A stretch of DNA of 60,563 bases, filler included, from Platydemus manokwari (lineage: Eukaryota), in the NCBI GenBank assembly GCA_037951405.1. It is 5 parts of 5 records of this genome, joined end to end, with 100 filler letters (N's around TTAATTAATTAA, not from the genome) between each part and the next. Parts side by side here need not be neighbours in the genome. Positions count along the whole stretch, not along the records: positions 14,128 to 27,768 come from JBBMOY011660292.1; positions 27,869 to 42,004 come from JBBMOY011520300.1; 3 more parts are not named here. The stretch is one strand, 5' to 3'. Below, piece after piece: positions 23,979 through 38,550 of this stretch (position 1 is its first letter; the number at the start of each line of letters is the position of its first letter). Both the position numbers and the translations under genes were made by a program. The notes beneath the pieces were generated by a model that was given only the letters and a program-made list of their open reading frames with translations, was not told where the DNA came from and ran no database searches.

Positions 23979-26900
23979 AAAGCACATACTGTTGATGTGT
24001 CCTCCATCTGCACCCCCAACCCACCCTTCCAACACCCCCTCCCCCACCGTCGGTCCGATATATTGTTTTGATTATTAAATGTCCTTTCGCTCAAATCGGC
24101 CTCTATTTTTGAAGCTTTATTTTTTACATTTATCTTTCATATTACTTAATAAATTCACTTTTCTTATCATTATATTTTATTATATTGTTGTTATTATAAT
24201 GTTGTTGTCTTGCATCAATGATGTATTCTGATTTTATTATTATTATTATTATCATTATTATTATTAATTCTATTCGTATTGACAACCACGAGCACTTTAT
24301 CACTCTAGACAGTCGTTATATCAGTTTGACAATGTTTTTATGGATGATTTTTGATGAGGTGTGTTGTTTACTATATTTGACCAACATTATTTCGTCACGA
24401 GTTTATATACGAGTTTGTTTTCAACTATTTGAATTAATCATTTATTATCTGTGTATAGTTTTCTTATCAATTTTTTGACACTTTACATCTGTCTGATTAA
24501 GCCGTAAAATATTTATCGTAATTGTCAACGTTACAGCTATCATGTATGGTCACACCATATAAACGTCTACGGATTGAGATCGATATTCAAATCTGTTGTT
24601 TTTATTATTAATTTACCAATTGTCAGATGTATTTATGTGTTTTATATATAGCATGCAGCAAAATTTTCATCCACGGACTTGATATAGATATTTTTGTTTT
24701 GTGTTAAGAATTTGTTTCAGAATCGGTGCAGCTTCTTTTTATTTAAAGATATTTTTGAATGAAGCTCGTTTATTAACTAATTTACTGAATATATTTTCTG
24801 TGTATATTTTCGAAAATCTTTTAAAAAAATACATAGATATGCTTTGATGATATCGATTAAATGTTTCGAAAAGCAATTGATTGGATGAAATCCTTTGCTA
24901 TATTTTCATCCTTATATTTCGTACATTTCCATCATATTTTGAATAAGATCGCACCCAAATGAAAACTATTTGAAGGTGAAGAAATAATTTATAACGATTT
25001 ATCACAAAACTAGTAGATGGTGAGTAGATTCGAGATGTGGCTTTGTGAATTTTTATTTTAAAAAGTGGAAAACAATAAAAAATGTTTCGAGGATAGAAAT
25101 TGCTTAGCATCTTTCTAGTCGATAGCAATATCTTTGTTAAAGCGATATTATAATATTAATTTTTTTATCTAATCATTGATTTCAATTGTATTTACAAAAA
25201 TTATAAAAAACCTGAAATATTTTCAAATTTATGCAAATTATTGGTGACTTAAAGTTGAGCAAAACAATTTAATTTCAATCGGTTCAAAGTTTGCCGATCT
25301 AAATGACTTGTTTAAATGTCGTTGAATAAATATATATATAAGTTCGAACGAATAAAGTTGAATGATATATTTCCGAAATTATTTCCATAACTACTGTTTG
25401 AGTTTTCAAAATATATTTCAATTAAAAATGAATTTTAATTTTTTCAATCAAAATCAATAATTGACCTTCTTTTTCATGCGGATGTGTGATTGTTTGAAAT
25501 AGATCTCAATTTATTCTGTGTTTATAAATAATAGGATTATCTGTTCTATTGTTCAATGAATTATTGACGTTTTCCTAAATGTAGAAACACATATCGTTGC
25601 TAAAAATAAAAACACTAATAATAGTAAATAAAATTTTAAAAAATTAAATAAAAATCGATTTTATCTGAACGAATTTTGGAAATAAAGCATGACAAGCACA
25701 CAGAAACATGTGACCCAAGTAAAAAGTACAAACAACGAAGCTTCAGTGTTGAGTATGTAAAAAATAAGCTTTTTGAAAATAATTAAATTCTATGGAAAAT
25801 TATAAAAAAAAATCGTTAGTAATTTAGTTAAAACAAAAAAATAAAAATTGATTGGAATATTCCAGAATAATTTGTTTAAATGAATCGATTTAATATTGTA
25901 TGCCATGGCATTAAAAAAAGGGTCCACTCTTGGCAAAATTTCCAGTCGGAAGCCAAGCTTTTAGTTGATATTTTGTGAAGTATAGTTTGTGTAAGTGTAC
26001 CGATTAGTACACAACAAAGAATATTGTTAGCCTTCTATTTTAAAGTCAGAGTTTAATTAATTGTTGAGGACCCAACAATTATTCGGTAAGCCCAAATTTG
26101 ACCACAGCAATTATTTGAAAGTCAACAGTATGATCATCGCAAGAATTATATTAACAGAATTATATTACTGCCTTTTCTAAATTTTATCAACATTACTTGA
26201 CAGATCAGATAATCAATGATTACAGGAAAGTGTTGAGTTAGATAATTTATGATTTTCGGAAAGATGACAATATTTACTCCATGTTCTTTAGTGATCAGAG
26301 TAGTATGTGGACAAGAGCTACCTATTGATAGAAATGAAGAATAGAACTTAATTAGAAGTCATCTTATAAAGGTTTGTCATTCATTTGTCACAATCGGTCT
26401 TGCAATATAAACTATAAGTAACAATTTAATAATATTCAAGCTTCACTTCAAAATTCTAAACATTGACAAAATACTTTCTTAACCGCCTTGATAACTCGAA
26501 AGCGGAAAAATGGCAAAAATTATAATTTTCACAACACTTTTATAATAAGCTGGGCAAATTTAAGTGATTATATTTATGATTATATTGCATCTATTTCGAT
26601 GAATTATTTAATGTTTAAAGCGTTCATGATTGTCGTTTTTTGAAGAAATAACATGAATTATAATTCGATTTCACCATTACATAACAAACTATGCAACACG
26701 TTAATACATTATTCATGTTATGTATGATGATGTACATTAATTCATAAATTCTAATAGCTGTTTTTCTAATTAAAGAGCTCGCATTCCTTTTAGATTATAT
26801 CAGTGAAAATCTTAAACGAGAACAATCAATAATTTCTCTGTTTAGCTAATTGATTTGATGCAGCAGTCAAATATGATGAAAGAATCTGAATTTGAAGCAT

Positions 26901-27320
26901 TTTTTACTTTCTATTTTAATTCTGAATAAAAGAAAGAAATTCTGCCTGGTAGTCGGGATGGTTTTGTAAATGTTTATAGATCGCTTTCCCTTCTCATTTC
27001 CTTGCTTTCCAATCACAATTTTTCTTCAAATTTTAGATTCTTCATTGACTCACTGACAATGAACTCAATTTATCATATGGCCTACATTTCAAAGGATTGT
27101 TTCCAACACCGTTAACCACTTCATTATTTTGGCACTCGATTAGAATTACATTCAATTCAATATCTATATTATGTTTTTAGATAGTCTATACAGAACAGTC
27201 TAAATCTCATACAATCATTTCACATTTGATTCTAAAAAAGAAATAAAAATAGAAACCTTCATATAAAAGGAATAATAATTGAAATCCAATCCATGTTTTG
27301 TAATAATATATATAACTATT

Positions 27321-27620
27321 CCCTTTGACACTGTCACACAATAGGTAGATGATTTTCGATAAATTTGATCCTAGTTGGATTAACCAATGGCATGAAGATG
27401 TGAAAATAAGAAAATATATTTGAATAAAAACGTCAAAATCGAATGTGGACTGTTTAGGATTAGTGGTGTTGAGAAAGGATTATGTCAGCAGAATTCCAAT
27501 CAACACAACTAAGTTGACTCTGCTGATACATATTGCTGACAAAACAAGACACATGGCTACAGTTTAGATTAACAGGTAAAGCTGTGTTGACACTGAATCA
27601 TGTCTGAATTTCATCACATT
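27321..27620 (+). mobile_element. Possible highly decayed non-LTR reverse transcriptase fragment
   Basis: Broken-frame peptides PFDTV, SWINQW, ISGVEKG and ADKT occur in the order expected for RT motifs (AFDTV, WI..W, SGVPQG, ADDT). Confidence 0.3.
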
Positions 27621-27768
27621 GAAAGTACGAAAACTAGAAAATGTTTTCCGTAAATTTTAGAAATAATATTTATACTAAAACCAAATTTTCGTACAACAAT
27701 TTTTTGTACAAAGGTTAAAATATTCATAAAATCTCATAATAGCGTTCCTTTACCAATATCATATATTT

Positions 27769-27868
27769 NNNNNNNNNNNNNNNNNNNNNNNNNNNNNNNN
27801 NNNNNNNNNNNNTTAATTAATTAANNNNNNNNNNNNNNNNNNNNNNNNNNNNNNNNNNNNNNNNNNNN
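27769..27868. other. Artificial assembly spacer
   Basis: N44-TTAATTAATTAA-N44. Confidence 0.97.
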
Positions 27869-28356
27869 ACAATTCACCATAGTGTTGTTAGATAATAATA
27901 ATAATCAATAAACTAGTTAAGTTTAGATAAAATATGTTCGGAATATCTGTTGAGTCTTAAAATCCTCATACTACTTTGCAATGAATAAAATCCTGTTAAT
28001 GAAACAAAAATTCTGTTTAAATTAAGTGAAGTAGCGAAAAATTCTGGTCATTACCTCTTATCAAAACTTTGACGGAAAATATTCGAATTACTATTGTCAC
28101 TAAAATAATAACAATTCTGATCAAGATTAACCTCTAATAATTTAGCCTCTATTTCGAATTTCACTTTGAAATTTCCAACCACAATTTGAAACTATAGAAA
28201 TTCAATCTACGAAGTTAATGAAGATGTGATGATATTTTATTGATTGATTTCCATTAAATTCAGTGCAGCTTATCAAAATTAAATGAATTGAATACTAACT
28301 ATTGCTGTCACAATTTTTCTCAAACAATTTTTCTCAAAACACAAGGAAAATGTCAA

Positions 28357-28412
28357 CTAAATTTGTAATGTCGTATTTGATTCGTTGATTTTAAGCCAAT
28401 ATGTTTATATAA
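28357..28412 (+). promoter_or_regulatory. Putative proximal promoter of GPCR copy 1 (CCAAT + TATA)
   Basis: GCCAAT at 28395-28400 and TATATAA at 28406-28412, 37 nt before the ATG. Block conserved with 39619-39676 upstream of the paralog. Confidence 0.6.
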
Positions 28413-28449
28413 CGCCGAAAATAAAATTTTCAATCTTAATACAATTGTA

Positions 28450-29511
28450 ATGACAGATAAATATAAGGATTTTATTGATCGTTATTTTCAAAGTAGTGAG
28501 TACTTGAATCAGTACACGTATTTATTGTCTTGCGCTTTGGTCAGATCGAAATATTTTAATCATTCTTCGGTTGATATCATACAATGTAAATTTAATGAGA
28601 TTTTTGTCTTTATTATTGGTTATTTCAACACAACCATGTCGTTTGTTGGATTGATTCTAAACAGTTTAGCAATTTTTCATTTCAGTAGAAAGCATCAAAT
28701 GTCCAAGCACAAAGTGTACATGATAGCTCTAGCAGTCTCATATATGTTAAATAACATTTTTTGTGTTTGGCTGTATTATTTTCCAATTATTGCACTTCCT
28801 GTCTTTACAGAAGGTAAACATTATTGGATTTTATCATCGAAAAGTAAATTGCTATGTAAATTTACATTTCCAATAGTTTATTTCTGGAACCAAATGTCTT
28901 TAATAATTTTATTGATTTGCGGAATCGATCGATTCTTGGCGATTAAAATGCCCCTTCGTAATCGACTATGGGGAAAAAAGATAGCATTCATTACTTTAAT
29001 TAGTTCGATTATGTTTAATTTGATTTGTTGTGTTCCACATTGGATCATGTTGAAAACAGAATATGATAGAGACTCTCAAAAATATACCTGTGTTGCAAAT
29101 CAATATCCTGATTTCCTGAACATTTATATTTATTACTTATTACTTTTTCACCCCCTTGGCCTCATATGGATTATAATACATTTGATCATTAATTTGGTCT
29201 TAATACATGCTGTTATAAGTCATTCGAAATATTCAATGAAATTAATTGGTAACCAACGGGTTGAAAACAGAAATCTTCGAACCTCTGAGATCAGATCATG
29301 TGTTGAAGTATTTACATTATCGATTATATCATTTATAATAATTGGTGCATCTGGAGTTTTACTTTTTGCAGCTACATGTTTAGTTGGTAAGTCTATCGCA
29401 ATATTTTTGAAACGATGTAGCGATATATTCATGCTTATTTATATCATCTCATTAAATATCAATTTCATCCCGTTTTTAGTAAAATTTTATGCAAAGAAAC
29501 AATGCCGTTGA
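28450..29511 (+). CDS. Intronless orphan rhodopsin-like (class A) GPCR, 353 aa
   Basis: Seven hydrophobic segments; TM1 GLILN, TM2 YMIALAVS, Cys at start of TM3, IDRFLAIKMP (DRY-like), ECL2 Cys. No canonical NPxxY. Confidence 0.9.
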   Translation: MTDKYKDFIDRYFQSSEYLNQYTYLLSCALVRSKYFNHSSVDIIQCKFNEIFVFIIGYFNTTMSFVGLILNSLAIFHFSRKHQMSKHKVYMIALAVSYMLNNIFCVWLYYFPIIALPVFTEGKHYWILSSKSKLLCKFTFPIVYFWNQMSLIILLICGIDRFLAIKMPLRNRLWGKKIAFITLISSIMFNLICCVPHWIMLKTEYDRDSQKYTCVANQYPDFLNIYIYYLLLFHPLGLIWIIIHLIINLVLIHAVISHSKYSMKLIGNQRVENRNLRTSEIRSCVEVFTLSIISFIIIGASGVLLFAATCLVGKSIAIFLKRCSDIFMLIYIISLNINFIPFLVKFYAKKQCR

Positions 29512-30949
29512 TTAATTTAGGTTTTAGATTTGGTGTTCAATTTTTGTTGAAATCTAACTATTTTATGGATTATTATTGATAATTCTCTATGTTGTTGATA
29601 AATAACTATCAATCTGACATCTGCCATTAGAATAATTTCTATTATTAAATGTATATAATGTGTAGTGTAGTTTTATTACTAGCTGCAATCTCGTGTAATT
29701 CAAAAGAATTAGTTATTTTTTCTTGAAATTTCTGACTTTGTTTAAAATTATAAATATATCTTAGGAAATCTAATTAATTTCGAAAAAAAATATTTATTTA
29801 TTATATTTTATCGCCTTAACTTTATGTGAATTTAATGCCGATTTTAAGATCGATAAATCGCAAGGAATAGCTACAACTAAAAGTGTTGAATTTAAATATA
29901 AATTTTAAATTAAATTAAAATGGTTTGCAAACGCAATTGTTGGATAAAATTTGAGGGGTGACCTTATCATATATTCCAGAATTAAGAGATGCTGTTTAAA
30001 AAAACTTGCCATGGCGAAACAATTGAAATTTTTAAATTTTACAAAATCACTGATTTCAATATTTTATGACTTATTATTAATATTATTAATATTATTATTA
30101 TTAAATAAAGAAATATTTGTAATATTTCATTTTTTTTCTGAGAAGTTCTATTTTATTCCTTTATATAAAAAATGTGTTCAATAAATGAGCAAAATTCTAA
30201 TAGCAGCCAATTGAAAGATTTGTGTTCTTTATGGAAGGTAATTTATAGTACATGTTAGTCCATTTCTAACTAATTCATATCGCATAACAAGTGGAATATT
30301 TTTCAGGAATTCTACTTTGACAGTAAGATTTAATGGTGAGAATTTCAAAAAAATTAAAAAATTTACTATCGGTTCGAGAACACTTTCGACGTTTTATATT
30401 TGATATTAGATTAAAATATATAAAATATATGAAAATTATATGCATGTCGAGAACTAAAATCAATTTTCAAGTCTCAAATTGAGAATAGTAGGCAGAAGAG
30501 TGAGATTCATAGTTATAGAAATTTGAAATTTTCTCGAATGATTTTTCCTTAAACAATAAAATTTATTTAGTAAAACACAAAGTTTATATTTAGTGAAACA
30601 ATAAAGAAATTTGTCTTTATCTGTTTAATAAAAATCTGAACTTCATTTATTTACCATTTAATTATAAAATACCAAGAACTATAAGATTAAGTAAATTATG
30701 GTATAGCAAATTTAATTTAAAGATCTTATCAATATATATAAAATGCAGCTAGAATAACCACAAATGTTGTATTTTAATAAATTGCCTTCCATGACTTACA
30801 TCGACATTATTACCAGATTCTCTGTAGTTTAATTAGATGAATAATTCGTTTAATGACCAAGACATACATGATGACAATTTTTTGGATTATACTCTTCAAG
30901 GGAAACCAGAGTATCTTGGACGTATTTTACTCTTCACTATTTTCTGAAT

Positions 30950-31210
30950 CAGTGTTTTTCAACCATTTTGCTGGAAACCCACGGAAACATTCCTCTGATT
31001 CAAGGAATCCATGTGCAATAATGTAGCAATTTTAATTACGTTAAATTTAGTACATTTAAACAGTAACTAATAATAAAATAATACAAATAATAATGAAATA
31101 ATAATAATTATAATAAAAATATAGAATTTCGAAATTGAATTTAACATGTTGTTTGTTTGTTCGTTGTTCTAATTTAGAAATTGCGGAACCCATGGAGTCT
31201 ACTTGCGGAG
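30950..31210 (+). mobile_element. Partial hAT (Charlie-like) MITE
   Basis: Begins CAGTGTTTTTCAAC (hAT-type terminus), with subterminal GGAAACCC/GCGGAACCC repeats. Right TIR not found. Confidence 0.45.
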
Positions 31211-34200
31211 TGTACTATAGATAACCTTATCTTCAGTGTTCAAATAACTTCTTCACACCCTAATTATGTAGTTTATACAAGTCTTGATATTTTGGCTTTA
31301 GGCTTTAGTTTAAAGAACGATTTTGGGTTTTGAATCTATATATTTTGAAAAGAGAATAATTCTAATACCCTGAATCAAATTTTTCCCAAAGCTTGGGTTA
31401 AAAATAAAATCTTTTTGCACCTCAAATTAATGAATATTTGTGAAATACGTTCTACATGATATCACTGAAACAGTTTTGTTATAATCATTTTGTTTTATTT
31501 TTTCTTTTAGAGAATAGCATATATTTGATAAGTTTTGTTATCACGAAGCTTTATTTCTTGATGAAAGATGATGTAAGTTACCAAGTTCCTTTATAAGAAT
31601 ATCTTTTATCAGCATTTTATTTTTTAACCAAATTTCTTTAATAGGTTTCCAAAATTGTTTATGATTATTTCTTTAGATTTTATATTGCAAACTTCCAATG
31701 CAGTAACAAGCATTTATTTGTTAAATTTTTCTTTTATTGATCCTAATTTTATCAATATTCTTTCATTGCTGATATTTTGTCAATTGTTGATAGTCAAATG
31801 AGTCCATTACCTTACCAAACTGCGATTGTTATCTTATCAAACAATCATATTTCCTTTTCTTGTAAAGATTGAAAAGTCAATTTAGCTTCGTTATAATCTA
31901 GGTGTTACCTTTATTGTTTTAGAGAGTCCTTTTAAAAATTTTTTAAAAGATGCTGATTTTAATCCTCCGTTACAATTACCAAAATTAAACTCAGTTATGA
32001 ACTCCAACACATATTTGTTCAATTTTTGTTGGAGTGGGTCTAACTGTTTTGAAAATATAAAGTTATACTTTTCTTTACTTGAAGAATTATTTGTCGGTTA
32101 TATATCTTTGATATCTCAGAACCATACAACATATTCGTATTAGTTATGATAAAATAACATAATTTCATTTTATTCGAACAGTGTATTTTTATAATTCAAC
32201 AGTCAATGAACAATGGAGTACTTCATAGATTATTGCATTCTTTTAACTATATTTTGCTTGAAATGTGTGATTAATGCTAAACTGGTTACACATCAATTAA
32301 TTTTTCAACTTTAATCGATTTTTCGTTTAAAATACATGATTTAGCTTTGGATATATTTTAGATCATAATTAAGAAATATAAAGAATACAGATTGATTACT
32401 ATTACATAACACATTTTTAGTCATTTAATAAGTAACATTAACAGTGACACTCGATAATCACCAATTTACAATGCGATGAAAGACGTTGTGAAAAAAAGTA
32501 TATCAATATAAGATTTCGTGGATCACAAAAGTTGAAGTGAAAATGTAAAGCAAAAATAGCGATGATAAAAAGACATTCAGAAACGCTGAAAATGTTTTTC
32601 AAAAAATCGTTATCATAATAAATATTCAATATAATCACAATTTATCGATTTATTAAAATATTTACGCAATTTTCAACAAAAATCTTTAGAATAAACATTG
32701 TGCTAATAATCAATCATTTCTTCCTTAAGCAAATAATTGCAAAGCCAACTTACATAAGAGAAATTTCTCCAATGAGCTTTAATCGGAAATGTTATTATTA
32801 TTATTTTTATTTTTAATAGATGTTAATTTATAATTTAATTTATTATTAAAAGTGATGACAGTTGTGAATTTTGTAGAGAAAGTATGCAAACAATGAAATA
32901 TGTACCCAAGGAGAAAATTTGACGTGAAATGAGATTTTCTTCATTCTGGGAGAACAGTTTATTATTTACTTTATCATTTATTCATCTGTAGTTTCTTATA
33001 AAAGAGAAGCCACTCGAAAATAAAGAAAAAATAAAGTTAGCTACTTTCAAACATATTATAATTTTGTTTTATTTTAATAAATGTATTTACCAATTGATCA
33101 GCACATGAATATCATTTGAAAAAGTTATTTAATTGAGATAACAAAATTTAATTATATTTTAGATATTTATTTTATGCTTTTCACAATATATCTCATAATT
33201 CCAAATATAAAATATTACTTCCTAATATTTCTATGTTTGTTTAAATAAAGCATTTAAAAACACATTTAAAACTATTATTTAAATTATATTAAAAATTTAT
33301 ATATTTGGCTTAAGTTAAGAAAATGATCCTTTGGCCAAATGCTAATGTAATGTATTTTCGAGCATTATTTAATATAAAAGTTTATGTTTCATCATCCATT
33401 TCTACAACGATATTTTGGCCTATATTTATTTTTAGATGCCAATTTATTTATTTATTTATTCATGGGTGTATATCTTGATAAATGATTTGAAAATCTTAAT
33501 TTTATTTTGTTAATATTTGTTCATTGTTGGTTCACTTATGGATGTAATTTACCCAATACACTTTTGTGTGAGTCCTGTGCACCAAAACTACCTTATTCAG
33601 AACGTCGAAAAGGGACAAGAGCAATTTATTGAACCAAGCCACTATTCGAATTCTGAAACTTATATATATATATCTGTGGCATCTTCTCTTTTACGATTTA
33701 TTTGATTTTAATGAAATATTCATTTCATTACAGTATCGACAGATTTTGAATCTATTTATCCAATCTATTAAAAAGTTATTTATATATTTATTTTGTGTTA
33801 AAATAAAAGTACTTAGTTCCTGGCACTTTTCAATGATTTCCAAGTCACTCTTTTATAAAATAAGTCTAACAATTTTAGATATCATTTCATTCACTTCTAA
33901 TGTTAAAAGAGGTCCTCGCTAATTTTCAATTAATTGCATTTTGATCTACTTTGACTCGTTTTTCAAATAATGAATTTTTCTAGTATATTTTAAAAATTCT
34001 GTGTATATATTATTTAATTCTAAACAATTAAAATTTTTCTCAATACTTACATAAAAAATTCAAAATCTTATTAAAGAATTTAATAAAATAAACTATATAT
34101 AAATTTTGGCAATTCACTCCACAAATTAAAAATTTTATTTTAGGACATTTTTTAACTTTAGCCAAATATTTAATTAGAATAGTAATTAATAAATTGAACT

Positions 34201-36589
34201 GAACAATTAATTAATTTAATTAATGCACAGCATTTCTTATTTATCAGCTAACTCTTTGATTTATGTAAAAAAAGTAGTCAAGTACTCAGAATAAACAAAT
34301 TGTATTCTATTATATTTTCATTAGATTTGTAAAATTTCTATTTCCCTAGTTGTTTAGATATTAAGAAGATTTACTAATCAGGATTTATACTTGAAATTCT
34401 AATGATCTGAGGGAAATCACTTAAGTCTTACTTTTGAATTTTTTAAAATTATCTAAACTTTTTTATCAAATAATTTTATATTTAATAAATATGAATGTTT
34501 ATTAGAAAAAAACAGGAGAATTAGATTCATGCAAGTCACAAACCCATCTAATTTAGTAGTTATGATATTTTGTTTAATTCATTATTTCATGCTTAGTATT
34601 TATGTTTCTCCATTTCTATTAATGAGTTTTCTTTATAAATTCTAGCTTTCATTGTTTTTATATTTATGATTCTATTGATTGAGGTGAAATTATGCAAAAG
34701 AAAAACGGATTAGCATCTTGGAATCTTTGTATTAGCACTTTAACCTTACTTGCATAGCAATCAACCAATCATAGAGGAGCTAAATGGTAAACAACAATAG
34801 GAAAACGAGAAATAGTCACTCAACAACACATACGCAAGACTTGATCAATCCGACTCATAAAAAAATAATAAGCATAAACTAATAATCTTAGAATAAAAGT
34901 TAGGTATCACCACATAGAAGGATCGGGACAAGAGAATAGATGGACAGTGTAGGGAAGGATTAAGATCCAGTTCCAGATCCTGAACAACACCTTTAATAGA
35001 AACACTAACTTTTAGCAATGTTTTTATTTACAATACAATTAATAGTTATGATTTTATAATTACAGATTGTTTAGTGAAAACATATCTAAATAAAATTAGC
35101 TGGGTTTCCTGAGTTTATATCTATTTATTTTTTCAAGTTAAATAAAGATATTTAGCTTGTACATTAATTGAAACGACAAAGAAGAAGAATTTGATTTGAT
35201 CAATCTATTTTGATGAAGAAAAATTGAATTTCACCAACTGAAATATTTATTTAAAATTATATTATTTTTTATTTTTTTGTATTTTTCATTGAAGATAAAA
35301 TATAAATATGGACAAAGATGACAGATAAAAGTTGGTTAGTTTCTGTTTTGAAATTAAGTCTTTATTGTTGTAAAAGAAATTAATATTTTACTGATCCTTA
35401 CACAAATAAAGAGTATCAAAATAAATATTATTTTAAAGCTTTTTTAAAATTAATTAATAAAATATTAATCAAATTAAAATTTAATGAATTCATTTACATT
35501 TTTCTATATCAAATTAAATTGCAGTGAATAGTTTCAAGACCCTAAAATCAAAAAATAAGTTAGAGAATAAAAACATTTGTTTATATTAAATAACATAAGA
35601 CACTTTTTTGACAGTTAAATTTTTCAGTAATTTTTGTGATTAGTAATAGCAGAATAATTGAAATTACTTTCTCAAGCTCTCATCACTATCTGAGTAGAGC
35701 ACCAGACGTTCCATATTGTCTTCCCAACACTTATAAAATTTTTTAACCAAAGTTATGTAAATTAGAATATGGAACGATCAAATCAAAATTATTAAAAAAT
35801 GATTTTGACAAATTTAAACCAATAAAAATTAATATTCATAAATTTTTAATTTATAAATTAAATTGTGAATCTTACTTAGAATTAGATGAGAAAACTAATA
35901 TTCCATTCACAGATAATTTATAGAATTTTTTCGTTGAAGATACATATCTGTAAACAAATAACACCTGGAAATGTTTATGATTATTTTTAAGTATTAACCA
36001 AAGACAAAGTTACTGACTTAAAGTTCTGTGCTCTAAGATATCTAAGAAATTTTAAAAAAATACGAGGCATGAAGCCACAAATGGGAACTGGATTACAAAC
36101 TTACCGACTACAGTCATCATCAATAGTTAATTTCATGGCGTTATTTTATGGATTAATAAAATACAATTTGATATAATCAACAATAACTAAATCGAACCTT
36201 ACTTAGCTCATGTCACTTTATGTGAACAATTTGGAAGCAAACTACTATTAAAACATTAGGTTTTCAAAAGCTATCCTCAATATTTTGTTTTGATGTTCGT
36301 GCTCAAGAAGAAAAATTGATATTATAAGGATGTAATGTAAATATAAACATTGAAAGATCTTGCCTTAAAACATAAAGTTTGTTTTTATATATTAGAAAAA
36401 AGTTGTTGAAATATTTATTAAATAATGGATAATCTATGATATATATAATAAAGCACATTTTATTTATTAAAAATGGGTAAAATGAGAATTTTTTAAAACG
36501 AATATTTAAAAACAGAAAACTAAAATCATTTAATTACAACGAAGAAAAAATACTTACGAATCAAAAAATTATTAATAAATTAAAAAATA

Positions 36590-36900
36590 TAATTGTAAAT
36601 AAAGAAGATTATACAATACGAAAATTCCTGGTGTTTTCCATTATAAGCACCATTATAAGAAATAATAGCAGTTTTGGGTGGTGCTACTGGAGTAATTGGA
36701 GAAATAACAATTACAGTAAATCAAGCAAAACAAATTAAGAAAACAGAATACTTAGAATCTCATATAATAAAAGAATAATTGAAACACGAAGATACTAGTT
36801 CTAAAGGACTTAGTATCTATTTAAATCATTATAAAATTAGGGCATATTATGATTTGATAAAAATACTAGATATCTAAAATTACCAATTTTACACAATTTA
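36590..36900 (+). mobile_element. Decayed repeat homologous to 15045-15269 (Polinton-like)
   Basis: Peptide remnants AVLGGATGVIG...VNQAKQ...KGLSIYLNHYKIRA.YDL align with ANQAKK...NGTAIYLNPWMRRALYDF; contains an in-frame stop. Confidence 0.45.
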
Positions 36901-38550
36901 TACACGCAGAAACACTTAATTTACAATTACTACGATTTATTTTCGGGCACGAAATGTAGATAGTTAATTTGTCCTCATAATAACATCAAACGCGAGAAAT
37001 TACTCAATCTGATTAAGAATTTTTAAATATTTCGTCATTTAATATCATTTTTCTGATAAGTTAATCTTCATGTCGAAACACGTTGTTTTTTGGAATAGTA
37101 ATTTCATTTGTCTTTCTGAAATAAATTAAATGTTTCGCCTAGTCACCACTAAAAATTCAGCATGTCAGGTCAAACAAATAATTTTGCTATTTTTGAAAAT
37201 AGTTAACGATACTCACTTAGATCTAAATTATATTCAAAATCCTAACACGCTGAATGCCAATCATTTATGACTTTAAACATTTTCATTTTATTTTCAACAG
37301 TATTTCGATTAAAAACCAAAAAAATGAAAATGGTTACAAATCTTCAAATAATTTTTTATAAATATTTTTTGATTTTTAAATATAATAAATAATGTAAATA
37401 AGTATAATCAAATAAATATATATAAATATAATAAATAAATAAATATAATAAAAATTAAATAATAAGTAACACAATTATAAAAATTTTATATTCTAAATAT
37501 ATTTTGAACATTTTTAAATTACATTGCAATAAAATTTTTAAAAATTTTTCAAATCTGTCAATAATAATAAACAACAAAAATTTTTCAGTTCGAAATTTGT
37601 TATTATTAATTTTTAAAAGATCTAAAATTTTTATTTTACCTGTCAAAACTTGTTTAGATTAACTAAATAAACAGCAATTTTTTTAAGTAAATAAGATTGG
37701 CAACTTTTTAAGGTAGATGAAAAATAAAATGAAATTAATTCAAAATCATTTTTAATATAAAATCAAGATTCAAAAAAATCTGATTGGTCACGCATATCAG
37801 GTTAGAAATTAAATTATGAGCAGCATCTTACAAAGTTATGTGGGTTCCTTTGAAACTATTTTAATAAGTTTTTTTATAAAATACAGTTATTTTATGTATC
37901 TATTATGCAATAACAAAATGTGATTTATTTTATTTTATTAAAACTAGTGAAATTTATTTATTTTTTTTAAGTTTCATAAGCACAACTTTAAACCCATCCA
38001 CACTGTCATGGTTTCCAAACAAACAGAAAGAACATAAAATAAAAATATTAATTTTGGCTAAGACAACGCATCAACATGTATACATGCCTTAGTCATGGAA
38101 ATCGAAACATCCATTTTGATTCGGGTAAATAAAATGTCACATTAAAATTTATCAAAAGGAAGCATGATACCTACTTTGAGTATTAGTGAGAATTTAGAGA
38201 TTGTCACTTTACAGTTTCAGGTCGATTAGTTTTCATTTAATTCCTTATTTTGTTCAGCTCACTGTGAGGTGATATCAAATGTCTATGAATTTAAAAACTC
38301 AAAAAATAATAGTAAAAATTTATTTGAACACAGAGTGCTCGGTGCATATTTAATAAAATGAATTGACAAAAAACAGCTAATAAAATTATAATAATAAATG
38401 ATAAAACAAAATAGCTATAGATATCAATACTGTTTCATAAAATGATTCATTTTCAACAATAATATCACACAAAATGGCAATGACAAAACTATTCTATCTA
38501 TGAATTAAACGCAGAATACATTTTTAACTCTGATGATATCGTTTCTGCCT

